This document shows, one piece after another, positions 9,812 to 18,754 of a stretch of DNA of 64,000 nucleotides (within the stretch, counting starts at the first letter, position 1; each line of letters opens with the position of its first letter). The translations under genes and the position numbers were made by a program. This DNA is from Candidatus Woesearchaeota archaeon. Its GTDB lineage: Archaea > Nanobdellota > Nanobdellia > SCGC-AAA011-G17 > PNOQ01. The stretch is taken from the NCBI GenBank assembly GCA_964603065.1, contig CAZRTL010000002.1, positions 11,292 through 75,291 on the forward strand. Direction: 5' to 3'. The notes beneath the pieces were generated by a model. That model saw nothing but the letters and a program-made list of their open reading frames with translations, searched no databases and had not been told where the DNA came from.

Positions 9812-9872
9812 TATATAAATCTTTCTATTATGTCACTACTCTAAAGAAATAACAAATAGAAAGCTTTATAAA
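9812..9872. promoter_or_regulatory. Conserved element copy 2, forming a symmetric bidirectional promoter
   Basis: TATA(rc)-BRE(rc)-TGTCA-N14-TAACA-AATAGAAAGC-TTTATAAA between divergent genes 9798(-) and 9903(+). Confidence 0.72.
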
Positions 9873-9902
9873 TATCAAAATTAAGGTATTTACTACTTTA
9901 AG

Positions 9903-10376
9903 ATGAAAAAGATAATAATTTTACAGGTCATAATTTTAATTTTACTAGCTGGTAATTTAGTGTATAGTTTTGATTTCAGCAATCCTTCTAATTTATTCAG
10001 GTCTAGTGAAGTTATTTCGCCAAAAGATAGGATAAATGAAGATCAAATTCACATATATGAAGATAAAATAGTAATTGATATTTCTGGAGCGACTTATGCT
10101 AAATATGCAAATACAAATTCAATGGATCCATTCTTAGATATGGAAGCGAATGGGATTGAAATAGTTCCTTCCTCAGAAGAAGAAGTCCAAATAGGAGATG
10201 TTATAACATATCAACCAGAATGGAGTGAAAACCTAGTAGTTCATAGAATAATCCAAACTGGAGAGGATGAACAAGGTTGGTATGCATATACCAAAGGAGA
10301 TAATTCATCTGTGATTGATCCTGGAAAAATTAGATTTGAACAAGTGAAGTACATACTAATAGGAGTGTTATATTAA
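9903..10376 (+). CDS. Signal peptidase I-like protein (S26, archaeal/Sec11 Ser-His type)
   Basis: TNSMDP, GDVITY, VHRII, TKGDN..D; N-terminal TM. Confidence 0.82.
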   Translation: MKKIIILQVIILILLAGNLVYSFDFSNPSNLFRSSEVISPKDRINEDQIHIYEDKIVIDISGATYAKYANTNSMDPFLDMEANGIEIVPSSEEEVQIGDVITYQPEWSENLVVHRIIQTGEDEQGWYAYTKGDNSSVIDPGKIRFEQVKYILIGVLY

Positions 10377-10637
10377 ATGAAAAAATTCAATCCAAAAACA
10401 ATGTACCGAGCTCCAATAGCTTCAAAAAGAGAGTATAGACCAATAGGAGAAATTCAAGTTAAATCATTAACTTTTGAAGCCCCTCCATATCAAAGAACTA
10501 CACCTCGTCCCAAAACAAAAAATACAATTATATTTCCAAAAACTTCAAGTCTTGATGAAGTAAGTTTTGATAAAGTAAATCTTGATGAATTAATAGGACA
10601 GATAAAAGAACAAATAAAAGGAGAAATTCTAAAATGA
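10377..10637 (+). CDS. Hypothetical protein
   Basis: 86-aa ORF abutting upstream stop. Confidence 0.6.
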   Translation: MKKFNPKTMYRAPIASKREYRPIGEIQVKSLTFEAPPYQRTTPRPKTKNTIIFPKTSSLDEVSFDKVNLDELIGQIKEQIKGEILK

Positions 10638-10741
10638 CCGAAGCTATATGTGAAAATTGTGGAGCAAGATACACTTTAAATGGAAAAGCACCAAACTTTA
10701 AATGTGTCTGTCAAAGCAAAACTTTCAAAATAAAAAAATGA
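10634..10741 (+). CDS. 35-aa Cys-rich (zinc-ribbon-like) microprotein missed by ORF track
   Basis: MTEAICENCGARYTLNGKAPNFKCVCQSKTFKIKK; ATGA overlap at both ends. Confidence 0.75.
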   Translation: MTEAICENCGARYTLNGKAPNFKCVCQSKTFKIKK

Positions 10742-11223
10742 ATCAATTAGAAGAGAGTTTTCAAAGGGCGAGAGAAAACCCTAAATATAGACAAGAATTT
10801 GTAGATGGACTAAAACTAGACAACCTTCCAATTAAAAAAATTAGGTATGTTCCTAAGCTAGGACTATTTAGTAGGAGAAGAAGTTTGATGACTACTTCCA
10901 GTGGGATTAATAGAGAATTAGAAGTAAAAGGGGGAAAATCAACCATAACAATTTATTCAAGTGCTTTTGATCATGCTTCAAACCTTGATGATTTCATGAG
11001 TATTTTGGAAGATCACGAAGGAATGCATGCAGAAGATAATCTACATTTCTATGAACATAGAACAGAAAAACGAGAACTTTTAGCCTACTATAATCAACTT
11101 AGACGTTTTGATGAAAGAGAGTGTTCACCCATAGTCATGAGGGTAATGGAAGAAAGATTCGAAGAACTTGGAGGGTTTGAAACACTAAGAGAACTTAATC
11201 ACCCATTTCCAGAATTAAATTAA
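10738..11223 (+). CDS. Putative zincin metallopeptidase (HExxH)
   Basis: DHEGMHAE plus downstream RELLAY; start moved to MNQLEE (ATGA overlap). Confidence 0.55.
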   Translation: MNQLEESFQRARENPKYRQEFVDGLKLDNLPIKKIRYVPKLGLFSRRRSLMTTSSGINRELEVKGGKSTITIYSSAFDHASNLDDFMSILEDHEGMHAEDNLHFYEHRTEKRELLAYYNQLRRFDERECSPIVMRVMEERFEELGGFETLRELNHPFPELN

Positions 11224-12003
11224 ATAACTAACTAACAATCCTAAAAAACATCCTGTCGATAAGTAAGGCATTGCAGGATAAAACTTATTCTTTTTACTTA
11301 AAAGCAACAATAAAAATAAAGCTATTGTAGTAAATAGAGAAACAATCAAAGCTTTGTAAAATCCTAAACTAACTAAAACAATCCCTGAAAATAATAAAGT
11401 AAATCCAATATCCCCTCCGCCAAGTATGGCAGTCTTTTTACCCTTGTTATAAGGAATTACCAAACCAGCAAACATCTTTGCCTTAGCTTGAAATTTAGCC
11501 ATCTTAACCATATGTTTAGTTTTCCAAACAGCAATCATATCATATATAGATATTAAAATCAATAATATCGAACCAGATAAAATACTCATTACAGGAGCAA
11601 ATACTGCCGCAATTCCACTATACACAAACATCTCCACAAAATTATGTATAATTACATTGGGTCTAAAAAATTTCAATATACCAAATATTAAAGCCAAACC
11701 TAATGCCCACATCTGAGTCATAAAAGATGAAAAGGCTATTCCTAACAAATAAACGGTTGCAAAAATAAACCAAATCTTCCATAACTTCATAGCACCAAAC
11801 TTCATTAATAATAAAACTAATCCGGTGGCAAATAAAATGGCGATTATCAAAGGAATATAGCTAACACTTTCATTCAATTCAGGTCTTTCAATTCCATAGG
11901 GTAATTCTTCGGAAATATATTGCTGAGTAATAAACAATCCCACAAAATGGGCCAAAAAAAATAAGACGGCTATAACGATAGTAACTCCTAATGTGTGTTT
12001 CAT
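11215..12003 (-). CDS. Presenilin/SPP-family intramembrane aspartyl protease
   Basis: ISIYDM (YD), LGGGDIG (GxGD), YPAMPYL (PAL-like); multi-TM. Confidence 0.92.
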   Translation of the reverse strand: MKHTLGVTIVIAVLFFLAHFVGLFITQQYISEELPYGIERPELNESVSYIPLIIAILFATGLVLLLMKFGAMKLWKIWFIFATVYLLGIAFSSFMTQMWALGLALIFGILKFFRPNVIIHNFVEMFVYSGIAAVFAPVMSILSGSILLILISIYDMIAVWKTKHMVKMAKFQAKAKMFAGLVIPYNKGKKTAILGGGDIGFTLLFSGIVLVSLGFYKALIVSLFTTIALFLLLLLSKKNKFYPAMPYLSTGCFLGLLVSYLI

Positions 12004-12054
12004 AATTTTAAATAAAGAAAAACATTTAAATAATTAACTATCTCCAATAAAAAA

Positions 12055-12792
12055 ATGTCAATACTATTATATATAATGTTGAGTGTATTAATCGTAAGCT
12101 TAATCTCTTTAATAGGGATAATAACATTAAGCTTTTCAAATAAATTACTAAAAAAATCACTACTTTTCTTAGTAAGTTTCGCAGCTGGAGCCTTACTAGG
12201 AGATGTCTTCATCCACCTACTTCCAGAAATAGTTGAAGAATTAGGTTTTAATTTAAGCATAACATTTGGAATATTAATTGGAATATTATTATTTTTTATA
12301 TTAGAAAAAGTATTACATTGGCACCACTGCCATGATCAAGATTGTTTAGTACACAATAAACCTTTGGCTGCGATAAATTTAATTGGAGATGCATTTCACA
12401 ATTTTTTAGATGGAATTTTAATAGCAGGGTCATATTTGGTTAGCATACCCTTAGGAATAGCAACAACAATTGCAGTTCTTTTCCACGAAATACCACAAGA
12501 AATAGGAGATTTCGGAATTTTACTACATACCGGTTTCTCAAAAGCAAAAGCATTATTCTATAATTTTTTAATTTCACTAACAGCTCTTGCCGGAGCAGTT
12601 CTAACTTTTTTTATAGGACCTTTAATAGAGAATTTTACACATTATATAATTCCAATAACAGCAGGAGGGTTCATATATATTGCTGCTTCAGACCTAATTC
12701 CAGAATTGCATAAAGAAACAACTCTCTCAAAAAGTATATTATCAATAGTAGGAATAATTTTAGGAATATTTGTTATGTTCTTACTTAGATGA
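12055..12792 (+). CDS. ZIP family divalent metal transporter
   Basis: HLLPE, HWHHCH, DAFHNFLDG, FHEIPQEIGDF, DLIPELH. Confidence 0.95.
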   Translation: MSILLYIMLSVLIVSLISLIGIITLSFSNKLLKKSLLFLVSFAAGALLGDVFIHLLPEIVEELGFNLSITFGILIGILLFFILEKVLHWHHCHDQDCLVHNKPLAAINLIGDAFHNFLDGILIAGSYLVSIPLGIATTIAVLFHEIPQEIGDFGILLHTGFSKAKALFYNFLISLTALAGAVLTFFIGPLIENFTHYIIPITAGGFIYIAASDLIPELHKETTLSKSILSIVGIILGIFVMFLLR

Positions 12793-13098
12793 TCTATTGT
12801 GTAACTCTTCTAAGAAATGCTTATCATAAAATTTTAAATTTTCTCCATAACGTGACATAAACTCTTCACCTTCATCAATCAAATAACTGGGGATATTTTT
12901 ATACCTTTTCTTACATTCAAGCATCAATTCATCAAATTTCTTTATAGGATGTTCATCATCTTCAATATCGGTTATTTTTATAATTTTCCACTCAAGAGCC
13001 CAAGCCCGATCCACCAGATTTTGAAGTTCATCAACTTTCGATTCTGGTATACTTTCCTTAAAATTAATAAAATCCAATATGTCTTGTTTAAATCCCAT
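12781..13098 (-). CDS. Hypothetical protein
   Basis: 105-aa ORF with its own TATA-like promoter near 13125. Confidence 0.6.
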   Translation of the reverse strand: MGFKQDILDFINFKESIPESKVDELQNLVDRAWALEWKIIKITDIEDDEHPIKKFDELMLECKKRYKNIPSYLIDEGEEFMSRYGENLKFYDKHFLEELHNRSSK

Positions 13099-13189
13099 AT
13101 TTCTAAAGTTGGGTATACTTCCCCTTTATAAATATTTAGTATTCTGCTTTACAGTTAAATTTAAAAAAATCAATGCACTCCCTTTCTTC

Positions 13190-13474
13190 ATGGTAGAATA
13201 TTTCACTATCAATTACATCCTTACTTTTTTAGCCGGGATTTCAATAGGATTCGCTATAGGTGTCTCTATAGCCCTAGCTAAAGAAAAATCTCAAAGAAAA
13301 TTACTAAATTATTTATTGGATGTATATGCAGATAAAGAAGAGGAAAAACTTCCAGATCCGAGAAAATCTGGTTTAGATGATGAAGAGAAAGCTAAATATC
13401 TAAGGGCAGTTCTAAAAAGCATCGAAGAAGAAGATAAAAAAATCAAGAAAAGGAAAGGAAAACCTAAAGAATAA
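13190..13474 (+). CDS. Hypothetical single-TM protein
   Basis: Start moved to MVEYFT; N-terminal TM, charged tail. Confidence 0.6.
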   Translation: MVEYFTINYILTFLAGISIGFAIGVSIALAKEKSQRKLLNYLLDVYADKEEEKLPDPRKSGLDDEEKAKYLRAVLKSIEEEDKKIKKRKGKPKE

Positions 13475-13508
13475 ATACTTTTTTAAATAGATTAATTCTC
13501 GCCAAATC

Positions 13509-13697
13509 ATGGCAAATTTGTTAGATAAACTAGTTATAAGAACGTGTGAGAAGCTTCCCCTCGATATAACTCTCTTTGAGTCAGAAGGAGCCTGTACAAA
13601 ACCCTCAGATATTTGTGAATATTGTAAATTTGACGGCCAAGACTATCATTGCACTAAGATTTCTTATACTGCGGAATTTCAGTTACATCCGGAATAA
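13509..13697 (+). CDS. Small Cys-rich hypothetical protein
   Basis: 62 aa, five Cys including CEYC. Confidence 0.6.
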   Translation: MANLLDKLVIRTCEKLPLDITLFESEGACTKPSDICEYCKFDGQDYHCTKISYTAEFQLHPE

Positions 13698-13781
13698 TCC
13701 TTTTACTACTTACCAATTACACCAAACCAAAAGCTTTATAAATAACTTAAATATCCTACTAATCCATAAGGAGAATGAAAA

Positions 13782-14555
13782 ATGATATTAAATCAACAAT
13801 TCCTAAAAAAGTTAAGGTCAGCGTTCAATTTGAACGAGTATGAAGTTAAAATATGGACGGCTTTACTAAGCAAAGGTTCAGCATCAGCTGGAGAACTGTC
13901 CGATATTGGTAATGTACCAAGATCAAGAGCATATGATATTCTAGAATCCTTAGAAAAGAAAGGATTTATCGTAATGAAATTGGATAAACCTATCAAATAT
14001 TTAGCCGTAGAGCCTAAGGAAATCATAAATAGAGTTAAAAAAGACGTACAAGAGAAAGCAAACCAGCAAATAGATATGATCTCAGAACTAAAAGGTACCG
14101 AAGTATTTAATGACCTAAGTAAGTTATTTACACAAGGTATTGATAACGTAGACCCTACGACAATAACAAGTTCAATTAAAGGTAGAAAAAATATCTACAA
14201 TCAAATTGAAACAATGCTAAGATCTGCTGAAAAAACTGTTGTTATTTCAACTACAAAAGAAGGATTTGAAAGAAAATTTGAAAGTTTCAAGTTTTTATTC
14301 AAAAAATTAAAAGACAAAGGAGTAAAAGTTAAGTTAATGACTCCTGAAAAAGTTGATGACAAAGATGCTAAAAATGTTTTACAAACAAAGGTCATGCCTG
14401 AAGTCAACTCAAGATTTATTTTGGTTGATAACAAAGAGCTTATGTTCATGTTAACAGATAATAGCGTTGAAGACAAATTAGATGTAGCTGTTTGGGTAAC
14501 AAGCCCTTATTTTGTAAACGCTATGAATAGTATGGTTAATTTAACTTTAAAATGA
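13782..14555 (+). CDS. TrmB family transcriptional regulator
   Basis: FNLNEYEVKIWTALL, VPRSRAYDILESLEKKGF, KYLAVEP wHTH; C-terminal PLD-like effector domain (SRFILVDNKE). Confidence 0.92.
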   Translation: MILNQQFLKKLRSAFNLNEYEVKIWTALLSKGSASAGELSDIGNVPRSRAYDILESLEKKGFIVMKLDKPIKYLAVEPKEIINRVKKDVQEKANQQIDMISELKGTEVFNDLSKLFTQGIDNVDPTTITSSIKGRKNIYNQIETMLRSAEKTVVISTTKEGFERKFESFKFLFKKLKDKGVKVKLMTPEKVDDKDAKNVLQTKVMPEVNSRFILVDNKELMFMLTDNSVEDKLDVAVWVTSPYFVNAMNSMVNLTLK

Positions 14556-14908
14556 AAACGGCAATAAAAATACTAACTTTAGCTGCAGGATTAAGCGCTT
14601 TAGTTTTAGCAGAAGGTTGTTCAAAATACAAAGAAGAAGAATTATTACGAAGGCAAACCCGAAAAGAATTAAAAATAGCTTTATCAAAAATAGCTGGAGA
14701 CGATTATATTCTTAGTCCACAAGAATCTGGAGATTTTCTAACAGATATGGGCTTCAATGTAACATTCAGAGAAGGAAGAGATAGGGGAGTTGAATATGCC
14801 CCCGGAATTGGAAAAGTACGCGTTTATATAGATCGACATAATGGCGGAAATCCTAAAATTGGAGAATTAACTTTAGAACAACTTAAGCAATATAATGCTT
14901 CTGATTAA
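14552..14908 (+). CDS. Hypothetical lipoprotein-like protein
   Basis: Hydrophobic leader ending LAEGC; ATGA-coupled to trmB. Confidence 0.55.
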   Translation: MKTAIKILTLAAGLSALVLAEGCSKYKEEELLRRQTRKELKIALSKIAGDDYILSPQESGDFLTDMGFNVTFREGRDRGVEYAPGIGKVRVYIDRHNGGNPKIGELTLEQLKQYNASD

Positions 14909-14910
14909 TA

Positions 14911-14954
14911 TTGTCATTTCTTTTAAGTAGTTACAAAACAAAAGCTTTATAAAT
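14911..14954 (+). promoter_or_regulatory. Conserved upstream element plus BRE/TATA, copy 3
   Basis: TTGTCATTTCTTTTAAGTAGTTACAAAACAAAAGCTTTATAAA. Confidence 0.72.
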
Positions 14955-14990
14955 TTGAAAAAACCTATAAAATTACCAAAATGGGTTAAA

Positions 14991-15968
14991 ATGACCGAAA
15001 TAAGAAGAACAAATGCAAACGGAATTTCTTATCATTTAAATAAAACTACAGATAATAGCAGGTATGAACTTCAATTAAAATTTGATACAAAAAGTCAGTC
15101 TTTAACAGAAATGGGAGAAGTTCTCGTTCTGACAAAAAAGTTAGAAGCAGAAGGGAAACACAAAGTTGAGATTTCAGCAACCCACACACATGATCAGAAT
15201 AAAATTACAATAAGATATGATACTTCAAACCTAAGAGGATCAAGAGAAAAAAGGAGTGCGACTGCAGTTCATTCTTTACTACATTTACTCGAGGAATTAG
15301 ACTGGTCAGGAAAAGTTGCAATGCCAAAAGTTTCTAATTTTAAGAGTCAGCTTTATGATTTAATAAACACTTACACTAAAAGAGAAGAAATTCTCGAAAA
15401 AGCTGAGAAAAAATTAGATGAAGAAGTAAGTAAACCTGCAACAACAGCATTAATAACTCCAGAATTAGCAGATGTTTATAGGAGAGGAAATCCAGTACAG
15501 GATTGGGAATTTAGATTTTTAAAACCAGAGCAACACTGGGGATTAACAAGAAGAACGCTATCTTGGAAAGATTTTCAAAGAAAATTAGATTCCGGATTAG
15601 AAAAACTAGCACCCGAAGATATATCGGAAGAAGAATTTAATAGACAGTTTACAGATTTCCAAAAACAAATGGAAACTCTAGGAAGTAATAGTTACTATAT
15701 GGCTCATATGTTGGGCTGGATTGTAGTATACAGCGAATATGCAGAAAGACGCGATAAAGCTCAAGAAGCTGGAAATGAAATTGAGGCCCAAGGACAAGAA
15801 GCACATTTAGACGTACTAAGTTTTCAAATGGAAGAATTAACTACGGCAGGTAAAAGGTACGCCGAAGATAAGTGGGAAGTTAAGTACCCTACAGATGAAA
15901 GGACTGGAGAAGAGCCAATAAGAAGACTTATAAGCAATATTCCAAAGACAAGAGAACTGAAAAAATGA
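14991..15968 (+). CDS. Hypothetical protein, probable distant paralogue of 16344..17225
   Basis: TTG at 14955 abuts the TATA box, so start moved to ATG 14991; WG-x7-WKxxQxKLD motif. Confidence 0.65.
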   Translation: MTEIRRTNANGISYHLNKTTDNSRYELQLKFDTKSQSLTEMGEVLVLTKKLEAEGKHKVEISATHTHDQNKITIRYDTSNLRGSREKRSATAVHSLLHLLEELDWSGKVAMPKVSNFKSQLYDLINTYTKREEILEKAEKKLDEEVSKPATTALITPELADVYRRGNPVQDWEFRFLKPEQHWGLTRRTLSWKDFQRKLDSGLEKLAPEDISEEEFNRQFTDFQKQMETLGSNSYYMAHMLGWIVVYSEYAERRDKAQEAGNEIEAQGQEAHLDVLSFQMEELTTAGKRYAEDKWEVKYPTDERTGEEPIRRLISNIPKTRELKK

Positions 15969-16303
15969 AACAAACTACATTGCTCCAAATTTTCGATGGG
16001 AAGGTAACTTTAAGAGAATTTATTGGAGATAAAGGATATATATTAGGATTAAAAACAAGTCCTTTAGAAAGATCTACACTATCTAAAAAAGAGTCCGCAA
16101 TTCTTATGTTAAGTTATAAAGAATTATTTGATGAAGCTCCAGAAAATGTAACCGAATTAAGAGATAAGGGGTTACAGTCAATAATTCGCCAATTGAAAGG
16201 AGTAAAATATCCCACTTTAGGTGAAAAAAGAGTAAAATCGGCATTAGCTGAATTAATAAATTCTAAAGATAATTATAGAAGCGAAATAGATCAATATTTA
16301 TAA
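15965..16303 (+). CDS. Hypothetical protein
   Basis: 112 aa, ATGA-coupled. Confidence 0.6.
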   Translation: MKQTTLLQIFDGKVTLREFIGDKGYILGLKTSPLERSTLSKKESAILMLSYKELFDEAPENVTELRDKGLQSIIRQLKGVKYPTLGEKRVKSALAELINSKDNYRSEIDQYL

Positions 16304-16343
16304 TTACATTAGTTTTAAATATTTTACTTAACATACTATTTTT

Positions 16344-17225
16344 ATGAAACAAGAATTTGAAACAATAGTAGATTTTTTCAGTCACACATCAAATTATAGG
16401 TTTGAATTTGATAAGGTTAAGGGAGATTATTTTCTAAGTTTAACTTTGAGAAGAAGTTCATTCTATTGCGGAATTTCATATGTTCTCTTTTACAATAGGT
16501 TTGAAATGCTAAAAAACAAATATCTTCCAGATGCAAAAATTGATTTATATGATTCTTTGCAAAGTCCAAGGTGGATAAGGATAAATTTATCGGGAAAAGT
16601 TCAATCACAAAATGAGTTAGTCTGCTTAACTGATTTATTAGAAGAAACAACCCCATTTTTATCAAATATTAGCAAAGATACTTTAGCAGGTCTGGCAGAA
16701 AAAATTAAAGAAAAATCCGAGTTAGAAGAACAACATAGCCCTGCCCAACTTTTAGAAGAACTAGAAGAACTTGCATTAAACACATTGGATTGGGGGGAAA
16801 TAAAACAATCTCAAAATTGGAAGATCATTCAAGAGAAATTAGATAGGGAAGAAGGAGCCTTTATTTGGTGGGATGAAGAAGATTATTGTCCAGAGTGTTA
16901 TGACAAATATTACCGAGATTATGAAGGTTTATTACTACCCAACATGTCAGTAGAAGAAAAATTAGAATTAGCAGAAAGAACAGGAAGTTGGAACAATTTT
17001 CAAGAACAGGTCGATGATGAAATACTAGACCTTCCTAGCTACATTGACTGGGATGAGGAAGACATATGCCAAGAGATATATTTTTCATATTTTTTGGACG
17101 AATTAGATGGATTAGCTAAAGAAAATAGTTTATTAGAATTTGCTATAAGATCAGGAAATAAAAAAATGTTTACGAGGGCAAAAGGTAGAATAGCAACCAT
17201 AAAAGAAAGAATACAAAGATATTAA
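16344..17225 (+). CDS. Hypothetical acidic protein with internal 60-aa repeat
   Basis: WDEEDYCPECY and WDEEDICQEIY 180 bp apart. Confidence 0.65.
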   Translation: MKQEFETIVDFFSHTSNYRFEFDKVKGDYFLSLTLRRSSFYCGISYVLFYNRFEMLKNKYLPDAKIDLYDSLQSPRWIRINLSGKVQSQNELVCLTDLLEETTPFLSNISKDTLAGLAEKIKEKSELEEQHSPAQLLEELEELALNTLDWGEIKQSQNWKIIQEKLDREEGAFIWWDEEDYCPECYDKYYRDYEGLLLPNMSVEEKLELAERTGSWNNFQEQVDDEILDLPSYIDWDEEDICQEIYFSYFLDELDGLAKENSLLEFAIRSGNKKMFTRAKGRIATIKERIQRY

Positions 17226-17265
17226 AAACTAAATCTTTTTAAATAACTTATTCTCTTAAACATCT

Positions 17266-18753
17266 ATGAACGTAGATACTCTAATTGAATCGTTACATCC
17301 TTTAGAAAGAAAAGTAATTCCCTACTTAAAAAATTCTAAAACACTTAAAGAATTAGAGAAAAATTCTGGCCTTTCAGAAATTGAAGCAATGAGGGCCTTA
17401 CAATGGTTAGAAAATAAAGATATAATAAAAGTAAAAAAAGTGGCTTCAGAATTATACTCACTGGATAAAAATGGAAAAATTTACATTGAGAGAAAACTTC
17501 CTGAAATACAATTTCTAAAAGCAATAGAAGAAAAAGAATTCAACTTAGGAGAAATAAAAGAACTTTCAGGATTATCAAACGAAGAAGCAAATATTTCAAT
17601 TGGAAAATTAAAAAAGAATTCGGCCATCCTGATAAAAGAAGGGATGAATATTTCCATAACCCCATCTGGAAAAAAATTCCTAACTTCAGAAAATCCAGAA
17701 CAAAAACTAATAAATAAATTAATCAAGTCTCAAACTAAATTATCAGAAGAAGAAAAGAAAATTTTCAAAGAATTACAAAAAAGAAAACAATTAGTCAAGG
17801 AAGATATAATTACAGAAAGACAAATTGAACTTACAACATTGGGAAAACAAATAATCGGCAGAAAAATAAGTTCTAATTTAATAGAAATTTTAACTCCCGC
17901 CATGTTAAAAAATAAATCATGGAAAAATAAAAAGTTTAGACGTTATGATATTAAAATTAATGTTCCAAAAATTAATTCTGGAAAAAGACATTTTGTAAAT
18001 CAAGCAAAACAACATGCTAAGCAAATCTGGCTTGACATGGGGTTTGAAGAAATGACTGGGTCTATAATTAATAGCTCTTTTTGGAACTTTGACGCTTTAT
18101 TCACAGCTCAAGATCACCCAGTTAGAGAAATGCAGGATACCTTCTTCTTAAAGGGAAATTCAAAATTGCCAAACAAAAATTTAGTAAACAAAGTAAAAAA
18201 ACAACACGAATCTTCCTGGAATTATGTGTGGGACGAAAGGGAATCAAAAAAACCCGTATTAAGAACCCACACAACTGTTCTATCTGCTCAAACAATTTCA
18301 AATCTAAAAGAATTTCCAAAAAAATATTTTGCCCTAGGGAGAAATTATAGAAATGAAGCTCTAGATTGGTCTCATTTATTTGAGTTCAATCAAACGGAGG
18401 GAATTGTAATAGACCCAAATGCAAACTTCAAACATCTACTAGGATATCTAAAACAATTCTTTCATAAAATGGGATATGAAAAAGTTAGATTTAGACCTGC
18501 CTATTTTCCATATACAGAACCCTCTGTAGAAATTGATGTTTATATTCCAGAGAAAAAAACTTGGATTGAGTTAGGTGGAGCAGGTATCTTTAGACCTGAA
18601 GTTGTAAAACCACTAATGGGAAAAGATATCCCGGTTCTTGCTTGGGGACCAGGATTTGACAGAATATTAATGAATTATTATCAAATAAAAGATATTAGAA
18701 ATTTATACAAAAATGACTTAAAACAATTAAAGGAGATTAAGGAGTGGATTTAA
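17266..18753 (+). CDS. pheS: Phenylalanyl-tRNA synthetase alpha subunit (archaeal type)
   Basis: FWNFDALFTAQDHPVREMQDTF, LRTHTT, HLFEFNQTEG, YFPYTEPS. Confidence 0.97.
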   Translation: MNVDTLIESLHPLERKVIPYLKNSKTLKELEKNSGLSEIEAMRALQWLENKDIIKVKKVASELYSLDKNGKIYIERKLPEIQFLKAIEEKEFNLGEIKELSGLSNEEANISIGKLKKNSAILIKEGMNISITPSGKKFLTSENPEQKLINKLIKSQTKLSEEEKKIFKELQKRKQLVKEDIITERQIELTTLGKQIIGRKISSNLIEILTPAMLKNKSWKNKKFRRYDIKINVPKINSGKRHFVNQAKQHAKQIWLDMGFEEMTGSIINSSFWNFDALFTAQDHPVREMQDTFFLKGNSKLPNKNLVNKVKKQHESSWNYVWDERESKKPVLRTHTTVLSAQTISNLKEFPKKYFALGRNYRNEALDWSHLFEFNQTEGIVIDPNANFKHLLGYLKQFFHKMGYEKVRFRPAYFPYTEPSVEIDVYIPEKKTWIELGGAGIFRPEVVKPLMGKDIPVLAWGPGFDRILMNYYQIKDIRNLYKNDLKQLKEIKEWI

Positions 18754-18754
18754 C

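Noticed and set aside
14955-14990. TTG start for the 337-aa ORF
   Set aside because: It directly follows the TATA box and so lies upstream of the expected TSS; ATG at 14991 is preferred.
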